A stretch of DNA of 64,000 nt from Carpediemonas membranifera BICM (lineage: Eukaryota; Protista; Fornicata). The notes beneath the pieces were generated by a model that made no database searches, had not been told where the DNA came from, and was given only the letters and a program-made list of their open reading frames with translations. Both the position numbers and the translations under genes were made by a program. Shown here piece by piece: positions 44,235-55,693 of the stretch. Position 1 is the first letter of the stretch; every line of letters begins with the position of its first letter. The stretch covers positions 680,994 through 744,993 of the forward strand of contig JAHDYR010000067.1 in NCBI GenBank assembly GCA_019828565.1, in the 5' to 3' direction.

Positions 44235-46850
44235 CTATCTCTTGCATATGCAAACATCAAGAGTGTGTCCCTGCTCGTGAATGGGAACATCCAGCCAGTC
44301 TGAGTCAAAGCTACAGTCTGCTTTCGACAAGACAGTGCGCCATAGGCCGTTGACTTCCTTCGTAAACACCATGTGCAGCTTTTGGCACTCAGTCGCTGTC
44401 AGCGTCTTAGAATGCACACTCCGGATACGAAGCCACCAATTGGCATCCTTACAACACTTATGAATGCGCATATGTTTCAGGGGTGACTGGGGTGGGACAT
44501 CTGTTTCGCGTCTTCCGTAGGAAATCACTCCACGAAGGCATCTGAACAGCAACTCAACCTGCTCCTTCAGAATAGTGCTCTCAAGAACCGTCTGGTTCTG
44601 ACGCAATCGCACTCGACTCTCCTGATTCCCAATGAAATCACGTTCAAAGCACTCTTCGATGACTCGACCAAAGGAGGCCCGAGTCTTCGCTTGTATCTCC
44701 GGCAGCGCGGCAATACGCGCCAATCCGTGAAGTGTATCAACACACGGCGCCGTATCGGGAGTCGCAGATGGTTGACGGATCGGAATGTCTGGGGCAACCG
44801 TGTTAGATGTGCTAAGACACATGGTCACAGAGAAGAGGTGCACGAGAAGTGCTGTCAAGCGATGCCACACGACCATGTTCTCAGTTACATCCTCGTGGGA
44901 ATAGTAGTGCTCCTGGAGATATGCAGCGAGTATGAATAATGACTGCACGGGTGGCGGGAACGCACGATGCAGCTTAAGTCCAATCGATGCTATCATCTTT
45001 CTCCCCTTGACTTGCTCGTTGCAGCCCGTCGTACGGCTGGGTGGCTCAAACGACGCCAGATTCGCTAGCATCGCGTTCCTTGCCTTCACCTTCTTAATTT
45101 GACGAGGGTCGCTCTCTGGGTCAATTGGCTCTGGCTTGAACATGCGGCACATGGCATGAATCAACGACACAAAGTCATGACTGACATGCATGATTGGAGG
45201 GAATAAGAAGACGCAGTCTCTGGGCAGCGACGCAGTCGACGTCTCAAACAAAGTGGGAGCGATGCACTTCTTCTGATGGTTATAGAAGGATCCCCATTTG
45301 GCCTCTCTGTCCATAATAGTGTCGAACTGTGACTTATGCTTCGCCAGCAGGATATCTGCCAAGGTGCAGCGCGGGGTGCGACCAAAGGGACTCCAGCCCT
45401 TGTTCTTCGAATGAACGGGACTGAATGGCGAGGGGTAATTGCCTCCAATGAGTGCCCCGCAAACCTTGGACATGGCTGGATGGTCAGCGATAATAAAGAC
45501 ACGCGTTACTCGGCAGAGGAGACCCGTGTTCCTGACTTCCAGCACCTCGCGGTGTGTGCTCTCGATGGACTGTTCAATGAAGGCAAAATGCTCAGTGATG
45601 AGACTTTCTGGGCCGTTGTATTCAAGAATCCGGAAAGGAGGAGTCGCACCAGACGGAAAGACTTTGTGGGAGTCGTCGAGGAAACGAATCTTAACAGCGG
45701 TTGTCAGCCCTCTCCACGCATCGACCCACACCTCTAACACGAGTGGGATCGTCCCCGTCTCAGCGGAATGACTCTGTCGTCTTAATGTCCGAGCTGCACT
45801 CTTGCGCCCGGATCGTGACGTCTCCAGCGATACGGGGAATGCAACCGCTTGGCGATAATACTCCATGATATCAAATGATGCATGATATACATGGGTATAT
45901 CTTGCACTCGTCTGCATCCGAGGGGTGAGGCCTTGCTCTTTCATGATGCTATAGTGAGTCTCACGGTCCTGCTCTGAGTCATAGAAGACGACGATCTTTC
46001 CTGCAACGTGCTCTGCATGGGCCGAGTCGCCCTGAATAGATGATCGTACAACATCAAGAGGAGCTTCGACATGGGTGATGAGGTCGAGCTCATATTCCTG
46101 ATTGGCCTGATCAGACCTTCTCGCCGTTACCCTGTGCTGAATGTTGGCGGGAACGTGACTGCGGATAAATCTCCTCCAAGCGGTGTCAGATTGGAGAAGT
46201 GATTCTATCTCCTCCATATTCTGGATATTACACGCGAGAGACTTGATCTTCGAGGTAACAGGAGATATCCGCACAATATCAAGGTTAAGCCTACCTGCAA
46301 GAGAGTTCATTATGCGGATCTCGTCGTTAACGGCATTGTATCCGTTTGTGATGGACTTGAGCTGGTTCGTTAGTTGAATCAGGCGCTCCGTGTCGGCCAG
46401 ACGCTTCCGTAGACACTCATTCTCGGCTGCGAGAGTGTCAACTGCGGATGTATGCTTCACGTAGGCTCTTGGGTAAGTCGTGTGATTCCTCTTCTCCGCA
46501 GCGATAGATGTGGCAGTCGGAGAGGGGTACAGCTGCTTTGAAACATCCTGGCGACATATATATCCTGCACTGAGCAACTCTTGAACAACCTGGACGAACT
46601 CACGGCGTTGGGGAGCTTTGGAAACACGAAACCGATGTGTGCTGACGTTATCTGAGTCAATGGAAAGGTACACGCTGCATAGAATGGTGTTGATGCCAGT
46701 ATCCTCTTGAGGAGCATAAATAGTGCCGTGTAATAGCGTCCACTTCGGTATTAGCATCCTCTTTGAAAGGTTAAGGATTAGCTCAGAAGACAATTGCCCA
46801 GCCTCATGTTTAACTCGTCTCTGTCGACGTCTGATGCGAACCTGAGTCAC
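44235..46850 (-). CDS. DDE transposase, copy 2 (871 aa)
   Basis: Two amino-acid differences seen versus copy 1 (QIKEVK/QIKKVK and PLKLMR/PLKHMR). Confidence 0.75.
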   Translation of the reverse strand: MTQVRIRRRQRRVKHEAGQLSSELILNLSKRMLIPKWTLLHGTIYAPQEDTGINTILCSVYLSIDSDNVSTHRFRVSKAPQRREFVQVVQELLSAGYICRQDVSKQLYPSPTATSIAAEKRNHTTYPRAYVKHTSAVDTLAAENECLRKRLADTERLIQLTNQLKSITNGYNAVNDEIRIMNSLAGRLNLDIVRISPVTSKIKSLACNIQNMEEIESLLQSDTAWRRFIRSHVPANIQHRVTARRSDQANQEYELDLITHVEAPLDVVRSSIQGDSAHAEHVAGKIVVFYDSEQDRETHYSIMKEQGLTPRMQTSARYTHVYHASFDIMEYYRQAVAFPVSLETSRSGRKSAARTLRRQSHSAETGTIPLVLEVWVDAWRGLTTAVKIRFLDDSHKVFPSGATPPFRILEYNGPESLITEHFAFIEQSIESTHREVLEVRNTGLLCRVTRVFIIADHPAMSKVCGALIGGNYPSPFSPVHSKNKGWSPFGRTPRCTLADILLAKHKSQFDTIMDREAKWGSFYNHQKKCIAPTLFETSTASLPRDCVFLFPPIMHVSHDFVSLIHAMCRMFKPEPIDPESDPRQIKKVKARNAMLANLASFEPPSRTTGCNEQVKGRKMIASIGLKLHRAFPPPVQSLFILAAYLQEHYYSHEDVTENMVVWHRLTALLVHLFSVTMCLSTSNTVAPDIPIRQPSATPDTAPCVDTLHGLARIAALPEIQAKTRASFGRVIEECFERDFIGNQESRVRLRQNQTVLESTILKEQVELLFRCLRGVISYGRRETDVPPQSPLKHMRIHKCCKDANWWLRIRSVHSKTLTATECQKLHMVFTKEVNGLWRTVLSKADCSFDSDWLDVPIHEQGHTLDVCICKR

Positions 46851-46934
46851 GATTGGCCGCGGGCTGGTGAGTCTCTATTAATGTTAATGATTGGTTGTAA
46901 CAATGCCAATTTTTAGTAGAAAATCTACTCTGGA

Positions 46935-48215
46935 ATGACAGAAACGGAGCTAGAAACGAAGCGCGCGGCCGTAAATGAGAACATGGCGGACGATCATGCA
47001 GTTAAGGCTGTTTCTAAGAGATCGAGACCGATGACGAAGTGGAACACAACCGCTTTGAGTACTTGCCGGTCAATTCTCATGATGGGCATGCTTAAGGCCT
47101 TCTTCACGTTTGCGTTTGACGTCTTTGACTCAGACCCAACTGGCCTGTCCATCAAAAAGCTCGGAAATGCGTTCAACCACATCATCGTGTCGTTTCTTCA
47201 GCCGTGCTCCGAAACACCGGACTTCCTCGATGAGCTGAAGTTGAAACCTGGCGTCTCGATGGGAAGGGTTGTTGCGAAGAACGTCCGAGATTGGGCTGAG
47301 ACGATGGGGGTGACTGTGGCCATATCTGACGGGAAACCCAAGGTTGTCCATGCTCTCTGCAAGAGCCCTCGCCCAGTCCGTTCGGAGCTAACCAGCGCGA
47401 TCAGATCCGTCCTGTCGAGACTCAATATTCCTGTGCCAGATAATCTCGACTCCCGAGACTTTAATCTCTGTGTGCCCGATATCAATGACCCGGAGAGATT
47501 TGTGGGCAAGTGCAGAACAGTTGAAATCCCCAACCCTGCCACCCCCGCCCTTACACACGTGAAGCAAGAGCTTTGCGTGAAAAGTGAGCCTTTCCTGCAC
47601 TCATCGTCCGGTCCCACTTCGGTTCCCTCTCCAGCTTCCCCTCAAGCGCCTCGCGAGTCGATTGTGCTGCACGATGTTCACCGTGTCGCGATGAGTGTCG
47701 ATCAGAGGCTCGCCACCGTGGAGGCACGTCTGGCCAGCCAAGGGGACAACGATGACGATGTGTCTGAGGTCGGTGATGATTCTTTCTCGATTCTCGACAT
47801 TCAGAATAGGCTGCTTTGTTTCTGTTGCGGCCATTGCCACAGTCTGGACTGGATCGACAATCGCGTGACGTCAAAGTTTGTGACTTGCCAGGAATGCAAA
47901 GTGAACTTCCACGACAACTCACGCTGTGTCCCTCCCCGGCCTAAGACTGGAAAGAACAAGAACTGGGCCGAGTCCACTAAGGGTCGCTGGAAATACACGT
48001 GTAGCTATTGCCTCAATGAGAAGAAGTGTTACGCATGCCGACGCAACGACTCAGCCGTGCACTGTAGGCAGTGCGGGCACTGGTTCTGTAACTCTGCCAA
48101 CTGCGTACAGATGGAGCTGCTGAAGATTGTCATCTGTGGCAAGTCGATTCCCAAGATTCGGCTCTGTCCCGACTGTTACTCGTCGTACGAATTGGTGATC
48201 CAGAACAGTGAGTAA
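46935..48215 (+). CDS. PHD/zinc-finger protein, 426 aa, intact
   Basis: C4HC3 pattern plus a second Cys cluster; head-to-head with the transposase. Confidence 0.75.
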   Translation: MTETELETKRAAVNENMADDHAVKAVSKRSRPMTKWNTTALSTCRSILMMGMLKAFFTFAFDVFDSDPTGLSIKKLGNAFNHIIVSFLQPCSETPDFLDELKLKPGVSMGRVVAKNVRDWAETMGVTVAISDGKPKVVHALCKSPRPVRSELTSAIRSVLSRLNIPVPDNLDSRDFNLCVPDINDPERFVGKCRTVEIPNPATPALTHVKQELCVKSEPFLHSSSGPTSVPSPASPQAPRESIVLHDVHRVAMSVDQRLATVEARLASQGDNDDDVSEVGDDSFSILDIQNRLLCFCCGHCHSLDWIDNRVTSKFVTCQECKVNFHDNSRCVPPRPKTGKNKNWAESTKGRWKYTCSYCLNEKKCYACRRNDSAVHCRQCGHWFCNSANCVQMELLKIVICGKSIPKIRLCPDCYSSYELVIQNSE

Positions 48216-48505
48216 ATGAAGACATTGCTTGTTATTGAGTTGACCACTGTGGCAATGTTGATGCCACATGATGACAGATGTGTGTACCCATGCGCCCGGC
48301 TGCTCTTCCCCGCCGTTCTTCCTCACCGTTCTCCAGGCGCTCTTCTCGGGCTCCTGTCCCCATGCCTTCGTTTCCCTGCCGCTCTCCCTGCATCTTGCTC
48401 CCCGCCGTCTCTTTAAACAATCTTCTTGATGTATTGCCTTGATGTAGTTATTGAAGGCTGTTATCGTGATCACAGGCTTGACATGCTTATTAAAGCCTGT
48501 TAGTT

Positions 48506-51500
48506 CCAAATCATCCTTTAGTGACGGGCATTCTCCTCTGCATTGCCGAGAAAAAGAGTTGATGTTGATTAGATGGTGACGAATGCATTACCGGACATTT
48601 GACGCGCACAACCTGCTTAATACTGCATAAAAGCATCGCTGATCGCTTTCTCTTCTGTTCTTCAACGCCCAAGGAGCGGCTTCCAGGTCGGCAACCGTTG
48701 CCGACCTGGACCCGTGCAGTTTATGCTTTTTCGGCCAACCGACGAAGTCAAGCTTGGCCAAGACACATACTGTGTACAAGGACCCTGGCAGGCTAGTTAC
48801 GCCGCTCAGCCTCTGCATCCAGTTGATAATCACTCGCCATTTACTTCTGGTGCTTTTCCTGCTCTCTCTTCTCCATCACGTCGTCATACTCGGCCCTCGT
48901 CAGCCTCACAGTTGTCATCCCGGCATCACGGATGTGCTCAAAGGCCTCAACGGGCAGCTTCGGCATCCCGTCCTCGCTGTCGCTGCTGCTGCCCAAGTCT
49001 GACTCGCTCTCGTGATAGCGGCGAAGGCGAATGCGTCTGCTGGGCTCCCTGGTCTTCATAGCGTCATAGAGCGGAGCGAGCCCACTTCCATTGGCCCCGC
49101 TACGGACACCCTCATCGGTATCTCTCTCAGACATATCACACTCAACCTGTTGTGACTGAAGAAATGACAGGTTGTCGACGAGGCTATCCTCGGCATCGCT
49201 GTCTGAACTCTCCTCATCCTCCCACTCTCCTTCCAGCATCTCCAACCCGGCCTCATCGTCAAACTCGCCCTCCACTGCGGTCTCCGGCATCTCTGCCTCG
49301 CCAGCTGTCTCGTCAAACAGCGCCTCATCGTCAGACTCACCCTCCCCCGTGTCGACCCCCATCGGGATTACGCTGGTCGTGGAGCTGGACCATCCTCATC
49401 CTGAGCTTTTTGTAAAGCCACCAGGTCGGCAGAGCTTAAGGTAATCCTGGCGCCCTCATCCTGGCGCCTCATCCCTGGCGCCGTCATCCCTGGCGTCCTC
49501 TCCCTCATAAATCTGAATCATCTTCTTGTCTTGCTCCCGATGTTGTCATTGCTGTTTTCGTGTCCACAAGCATTCCAGTCTCATTATAATGTTTATTCAG
49601 TACCAAATCATCCTTTAGTGACGGGCATTCTCCTCTGCATTGCCGAGAAAAAGAGTTGATGTTGATTAGATGGTGACGAATGCATTACCGGACATTTGAC
49701 GCGCACAACCTGCTTAATACTGCATAAAAGCATCGCTGATCGCTTTCTCTTCTGTTCTTCAACGCCCAAGGAGCGGCTTCCAGGTCGGCAACCGTTGCCG
49801 ACCTGGACCCGTGCAGTTTATGCTTTTTCGGCCAACCGACGAAGTCAAGCTTGGCCAAGACACATACTGTGTACAAGGACCCTGGCAGGCTAGTTACGCC
49901 GCTCAGCCTCTGCATCCAGTTGATAATCACTCGCCATTTACTTCTGGTGCTTTTCCTGCTCTCTCTTCTCCATCACGTCGTCATACTCGGCCCTCGTCAG
50001 CCTCACAGTTGTCATCCCGGCATCACGGATGTGCTCAAAGGCCTCAACGGGCAGCTTCGGCATCCCGTCCTCGCTGTCGCTGCTGCTGCCCAAGTCTGAC
50101 TCGCTCTCGTGATAGCGGCGAAGGCGAATGCGTCTGCTGGGCTCCCTGGTCTTCATAGCGTCATAGAGCGGAGCGAGCCCACTTCCATTGGCCCCGCTAC
50201 GGACACCCTCATCGGTATCTCTCTCAGACATATCACACTCAACCTGTTGTGACTGAAGAAATGACAGGTTGTCGACGAGGCTATCCTCGGCATCGCTGTC
50301 TGAACTCTCCTCATCCTCCCACTCTCCTTCCAGCATCTCCAACCCGGCCTCATCGTCAAACTCGCCCTCCACTGCGGTCTCCGGCATCTCTGCCTCGCCA
50401 GCTGTCTCGTCAAACAGCGCCTCATCGTCAGACTCACCCTCCCCCGTGTCGACCCCCATCGGGATTACGCTGGTCGTGGAGCTGGACCATCCTCATCCTG
50501 AGCTTTTTGTAAAGCCACCAGGTCGGCAGAGCTTAAGGTAATCCTGGCGCCCTCATCCTGGCGCCTCATCCCTGGCGCCGTCATCCCTGGCGTCCTCTCC
50601 CTCATAAATCTGAATCATCTTCTTGTCTTGCTCCCGATGTTGTCATTGCTGTTTTCGTGTCCACAAGCATTCCAGTCTCATTATAATGTTTATTCAGTAC
50701 CAAATCATCCTTTAGTGACGGGCATTCTCCTCTGCATTGCCGAGAAAAAGAGTTGATGTTGATTAGATGGTGACGAATGCATTACCGGACATTTGACGCG
50801 CACAACCTGCTTAATACTGCATAAAAGCATCGCTGATCGCTTTCTCTTCTGTTCTTCAACGCCCAAGGAGCGGCTTCCAGGTCGGCAACCGTTGCCGACC
50901 TGGACCCGTGCAGTTTATGCTTTTTCGGCCAACCGACGAAGTCAAGCTTGGCCAAGACACATACTGTGTACAAGGACCCTGGCAGGCTAGTTACGCCGCT
51001 CAGCCTCTGCATCCAGTTGATAATCACTCGCCATTTACTTCTGGTGCTTTTCCTGCTCTCTCTTCTCCATCACGTCGTCATACTCGGCCCTCGTCAGCCT
51101 CACAGTTGTCATCCCGGCATCACGGATGTGCTCAAAGGCCTCAACGGGCAGCTTCGGCATCCCGTCCTCGCTGTCGCTGCTGCTGCCCAAGTCTGACTCG
51201 CTCTCGTGATAGCGGCGAAGGCGAATGCGTCTGCTGGGCACCCTGGTCTTCATAGCGTCATAGAGCGGAGCGAGCCCACTTCCATTGGCCCCGCTACGGA
51301 CACCCTCATCGGTATCTCTCTCAGACATATCACACTCAACCTGTTGTGACTGAAGAAATGACAGGTTGTCGACGAGGCTATCCTCGGCATCGCTGTCTGA
51401 ACTCTCCTCATCCTCCCACTCTCCTTCCAGCATCTCCAACCCGGCCTCATCGTCAAACTCGCCCTCCACTGCGGTCTCCGGCATCTCTGCCTCGCCAGCT

Positions 51501-51600
51501 GTCTCGTCAAACAGCGCCTCATCGTCAGACTCACCCTCCCCCGTGTCGCCCCCCTCGGGCTTACGCTGGTCGTGGAGCTGGACCATCCTAATCCTGAGCT
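48506..51600 (-). repeat. Array of the 1.1-kb repeat (period 1097), third unit forming the 3' end of gene B
   Basis: ORFs recur at 48588, 49685 and 50782. Confidence 0.95.
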
Positions 51601-52453
51601 TGTTGTAAAGCCAGTCATCGAGCGTCGGCGGCACCAGGTCAGCAGAGCTTCGGATCTCCGGGTTGAGATCGAGGATCGTTGGGCGCCGCGTGGTCGTTAA
51701 GTGACTGGACGCCAACTGGTGCCTGAACTGCTCATCGGTCAGGCTGATGCGCTTGTCCTTAATGACCTTCTGAGGCTTCTCCCGCGGTCTGCCGCGGCGC
51801 TCTAGCGTGCCGATAGACTGCATCCTATCGGTGGACACGTCGATCCGCTGCGCAAAGCGAAGCATGCGAACCGTCAACCCCTGAACCTTGAGCGCCTCCG
51901 ATACAGCACTGGCCTGCGGGAATCCCGATTTGAGCGTGCCAAAGCCCATCCAGCTCGGGCACGAGGTAAGGTCTATCGCATCGGGGAGATTACCTTGGAG
52001 ATACGAATACTCCCAGCCCGTCTGGTTGAGCAGAATGGCAATGGCGCCATACGGGCTGGGGAGACTCTCAACTGATGCAGGCGACACCTCTTCCTCCTCT
52101 TTCCAGGACAACGGCTTCGCGGGGTGTGGCAAGTCGAAGTTCCGGAAAGACTGAACAGCCGAAACGATCTTCTTCTGCGTCCCCAGAGGCTTCTCAGCGA
52201 GGTACCGGCGCAAATGGGTTACCAGATCGTCACTACGAACAATCGCGATGCCCTTCTGGATATCTGTGGCGGTTTCCTGACAAATTCTGGCCAAAACGTC
52301 TTTCAGAAGCTTGTTGTAGTTCGTACGCGATTTGGTTGGAACATTCTTCAACCAACGCTTCATGATATCTTCGTCTATTGCCGCTACAGCCTCCATGGGA
52401 TGAGTTTTTGCTGCTTCAGTTTGGATTGCTATTCCAGAATTTCGACCATACAA
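51035..52453 (-). CDS. Degenerate tyrosine-recombinase-fold protein B, 472 aa, intact
   Basis: Same motifs as 18633-20052 in a single open frame. Confidence 0.55.
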   Translation of the reverse strand: MYGRNSGIAIQTEAAKTHPMEAVAAIDEDIMKRWLKNVPTKSRTNYNKLLKDVLARICQETATDIQKGIAIVRSDDLVTHLRRYLAEKPLGTQKKIVSAVQSFRNFDLPHPAKPLSWKEEEEVSPASVESLPSPYGAIAILLNQTGWEYSYLQGNLPDAIDLTSCPSWMGFGTLKSGFPQASAVSEALKVQGLTVRMLRFAQRIDVSTDRMQSIGTLERRGRPREKPQKVIKDKRISLTDEQFRHQLASSHLTTTRRPTILDLNPEIRSSADLVPPTLDDWLYNKLRIRMVQLHDQRKPEGGDTGEGESDDEALFDETAGEAEMPETAVEGEFDDEAGLEMLEGEWEDEESSDSDAEDSLVDNLSFLQSQQVECDMSERDTDEGVRSGANGSGLAPLYDAMKTRVPSRRIRLRRYHESESDLGSSSDSEDGMPKLPVEAFEHIRDAGMTTVRLTRAEYDDVMEKREQEKHQK

Positions 52454-53525
52454 AACTCTAAAGTATTGGGAATTGACCCAAACTGAGCTCAGATACGTGA
52501 TCTGGGGCCTGAGTGGGTGAATGGGGACCTTTCATTTTTTAAAAGTGTTGTTACACTCCCAGATTTAATGATAATCTCCGGTGCTGGAAGTAATTCTGAA
52601 ATGGCGATCGAAATGCAATTATTATTCTGAAAACCGAATCCATGGTGCTGCCATTCTCTATTCGCTCTAATAGGTACCCAGGCCAGGTTTTGTACACCCT
52701 ACCCGCTTGCCTCGGAATTCGGACATGCCGAAATTCTGAAATTCGAATACCACCGCCCATTTTAGACGTATGAGATCAGTATCCCATGCCAAACCTCAGG
52801 ACGGCATTCGTGTACCTTTTCCTGCCCTGTATCCATTAGATAACCACCCACTTTCCTTTCACAATGTGCACTTTATGCTCGCAACGAGATTGAAATGGCG
52901 AACTTAAGAATAGAAAGAATACTGGCGGCTTTAACGTAGTAGGCATGTGTACAACACTAAGAAACATCAGTATGCGGGCGCAGAGCATCATTAAAGCAAC
53001 AATTATCCCTAAACAACATCAACAACTATAAGTCCACCAGGACCATACGATATGAACTATAAATGGAGCATAGATCAGTACAGCTGATTTGAAAGTACCA
53101 GGCATGGCCAGAATACCGCAATTATCGTCCGTTGATCCACGTGACCTCCATCTTGGTCGGTATCCAGAGAACCTCCGTCAGACGCTTGCAACGGAACATT
53201 TAGGGGGAGCATCCTGAATGGGGCCAGATTTGAGGGACCCTTGGTCTGACATGCCATGACCGAGTACTCTAGGGGCCTCCACAGTGCGTCCCGAGGTACG
53301 TTATAGCACCACAGACTTGGTGTGTCTTAGCCTGCACCGCCCGAAAGCTCGTCGGATCACTCCCCATACGTTATATCGCCATTCAGTCCACATAATGGAT
53401 GTTTTCGGAGCGATTATATCCCCCGTTTGTATGGTATAACGTTTCCGACACCCCGTTGCCTACGGTTACTGGCAATTTTCTCATCTCTGTTATATGTCCA
53501 TTATTGGGATATAACGAAGAGAAGA

Positions 53526-55510
53526 ATGACGTTCGAATTCCTTCACGAGTGGATCGAGAGCACCTCAGATGATGTGATTGAGGCCGTTATCACCGAATTC
53601 AAGGAGAAGAAGACAAACAAGGCGAAGAGTGCCGTTCTTCGGGACAAATTGCTCGACGAGAACGATATCTTCGATATAGTCGTCAAGAACGGTACGTAAT
53701 TGGTGCAAATGTTTATATAGGGATCAACTTTAACCACCTGTGCTCATATTTCGAGATTCAGGGCGAGAAGAAGGCAGAACTCGAGGCATTGCTGTCTCAG
53801 CAGGTGCAGGATAAGACCTCGAACGAGAACATCGAGGCAACCTTCACGGAGAAGGAGATGAAGGCGTTTGAGTCGGCCGCTGTCACAGCCTTCAAGAACT
53901 CCAAGAGGGCTGAGTATGCCAAGGAGAATGAGGGCGCGCGTATCGAAAAAGAGGCGCTGAGTGTCAAGGTTCGGGCGTGGCGCAACGCGACATCCACCAA
54001 CGCGCTTGTGCGCGACCATGTCACAGCAATGGTTGCCAGGGTGCGCAGCAAGGAGGCAGACCTTGCTTACATGAAGCACTCCTGCCGCTCGTACTTCGAA
54101 GAGTACATCATCGCCCTGGAATGGTTGGAGACCCCCGCGGGAGAAGGTACGCCCCTGCTCCCCCCAGGTACTGGCGCTATCATCGATTACTATCACAAAA
54201 TTGTTCGAGGATACAAGAAGAGAGTCAAGCAGTTGAGGAAGAGCTTGACGGCAAAGAGTGAGGAAGTCATCACGCTGCATCGACGCCTTCTGCAGCAGCA
54301 GGCTGAGCGAGAGGCAGCCTATGACGCTGACAAGTCCATGGATGCATCACTCCCATGCAGCCCCATCCCGCCACAGTCTGGCACAGTCTCCAGGACTTCC
54401 TGTCCCCGACGCGATACGGACGAGGCGCAGGCAGCCATGTCTGTGAAGCGCAAGGCCCTCATCATCACGCCCGAGAAGGCCAGGCCAGAGGACTCGGAGG
54501 AGGAGTCAGAGGAGGAAGAGGAGCCAGTGGAGGAGGTCGAGTCAGAGGAGGAAGAGGAGCCAGTGGAGGAGGTCGAGTCAGAGGAGGAAGAGGAGCCAGT
54601 GGCGGATGAGTTGATGGAGGAGCTGCACTTTGGCGACCTCGAGGGCGGCAACTCCGGCGACGACGAGGATGTTTGCTCAGCGTCTGCACAAGCAACCGCT
54701 CCGAATGACCTGGCAGACCCCATAGACCTCAACTTTACGCCTGAGATGAAGGATATCATCGCACAGCACTCTCCGGCCAAGAGTAAGTCAGAGGAGGAGC
54801 AGGAGGAAGAGAAGGCCGAGTCAGACGAGGAGGGTGGGGCAGAGGAGGAGGGTGAAACCGAGGAGAGCGGAAGAGTGGTCAACGCCAGGTCTGACCCAAC
54901 CCGCTACAACCGAACTGTGGCATTCGACATGATCATCACGACAAGGCTTCCGAGTTCAGGTTGGCCTACGTATCCGACCCTGGGTTATGGGAACTGCATC
55001 ATTCACTGCCTGATGATGATGTCGGGTCTGAGAACATTTACTGCGTTCAGACGCAAATTGCCCTTGTCGCAGAAGCTCAAGGCTGAGGATGAGGCGACAG
55101 CTTACCGCCAGACGCTCCTCGCCCACGCAAGGACCATGGCCGTATTCTCAAAGATGACAGAGATAGAGCTTCTGGATGAGCTGTTTCCTGGGCACGTCAA
55201 TAGTGACGGGACAGTGACGAGATGGGCATGCGTTGAAGCAATCAGAGTGTGGACTTCGATGACAGGGAAGCCGACCATGCTTGTCAACATTGATGAGAAG
55301 ATGATCACGCACATTTACCGTAACGAGAAGGGCAATGCATTGACAGTGCGGCGTCCCTTCGATGGCGATCAGAGTAGAGCGCTGGAGAGTTTTAGGGCGG
55401 AGTGCGCCAGGCTCGACATCAACTACGTGATACAGTTGATGGGTCGACATGCAACTTTGCGGAAGGTCTCAAAGCCGACCCAGGTGAAGATTAGGAGACG
55501 TAAGAACTAA
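53526..55510 (+). CDS. OTU-like protease protein, copy 2; intron 53692-53720
   Basis: Matches 21124-23108 except FPEH/FPGH. Confidence 0.65.
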
Positions 55511-55693
55511 ATATGACATGAAGTATTCGGTAATTTGATCGGTACTATTAACTAGGAGTCTGTTCATAGTCACAAGTGCAACATCACTCACGTCACGTGA
55601 ATTAGCGAGGATATATTAGTTCACACCAGTGTTTACCCGTCTATGTTGCATTGTTAACACGTATCATTGAAACTGTGACCAACTTTGGTTGCG

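Noticed and set aside
31205-46850. One giant inverted repeat or a composite element around the DIRS cluster
   Set aside because: It is explained by two separate insertions in opposite orientation, each with its own interrupted target.
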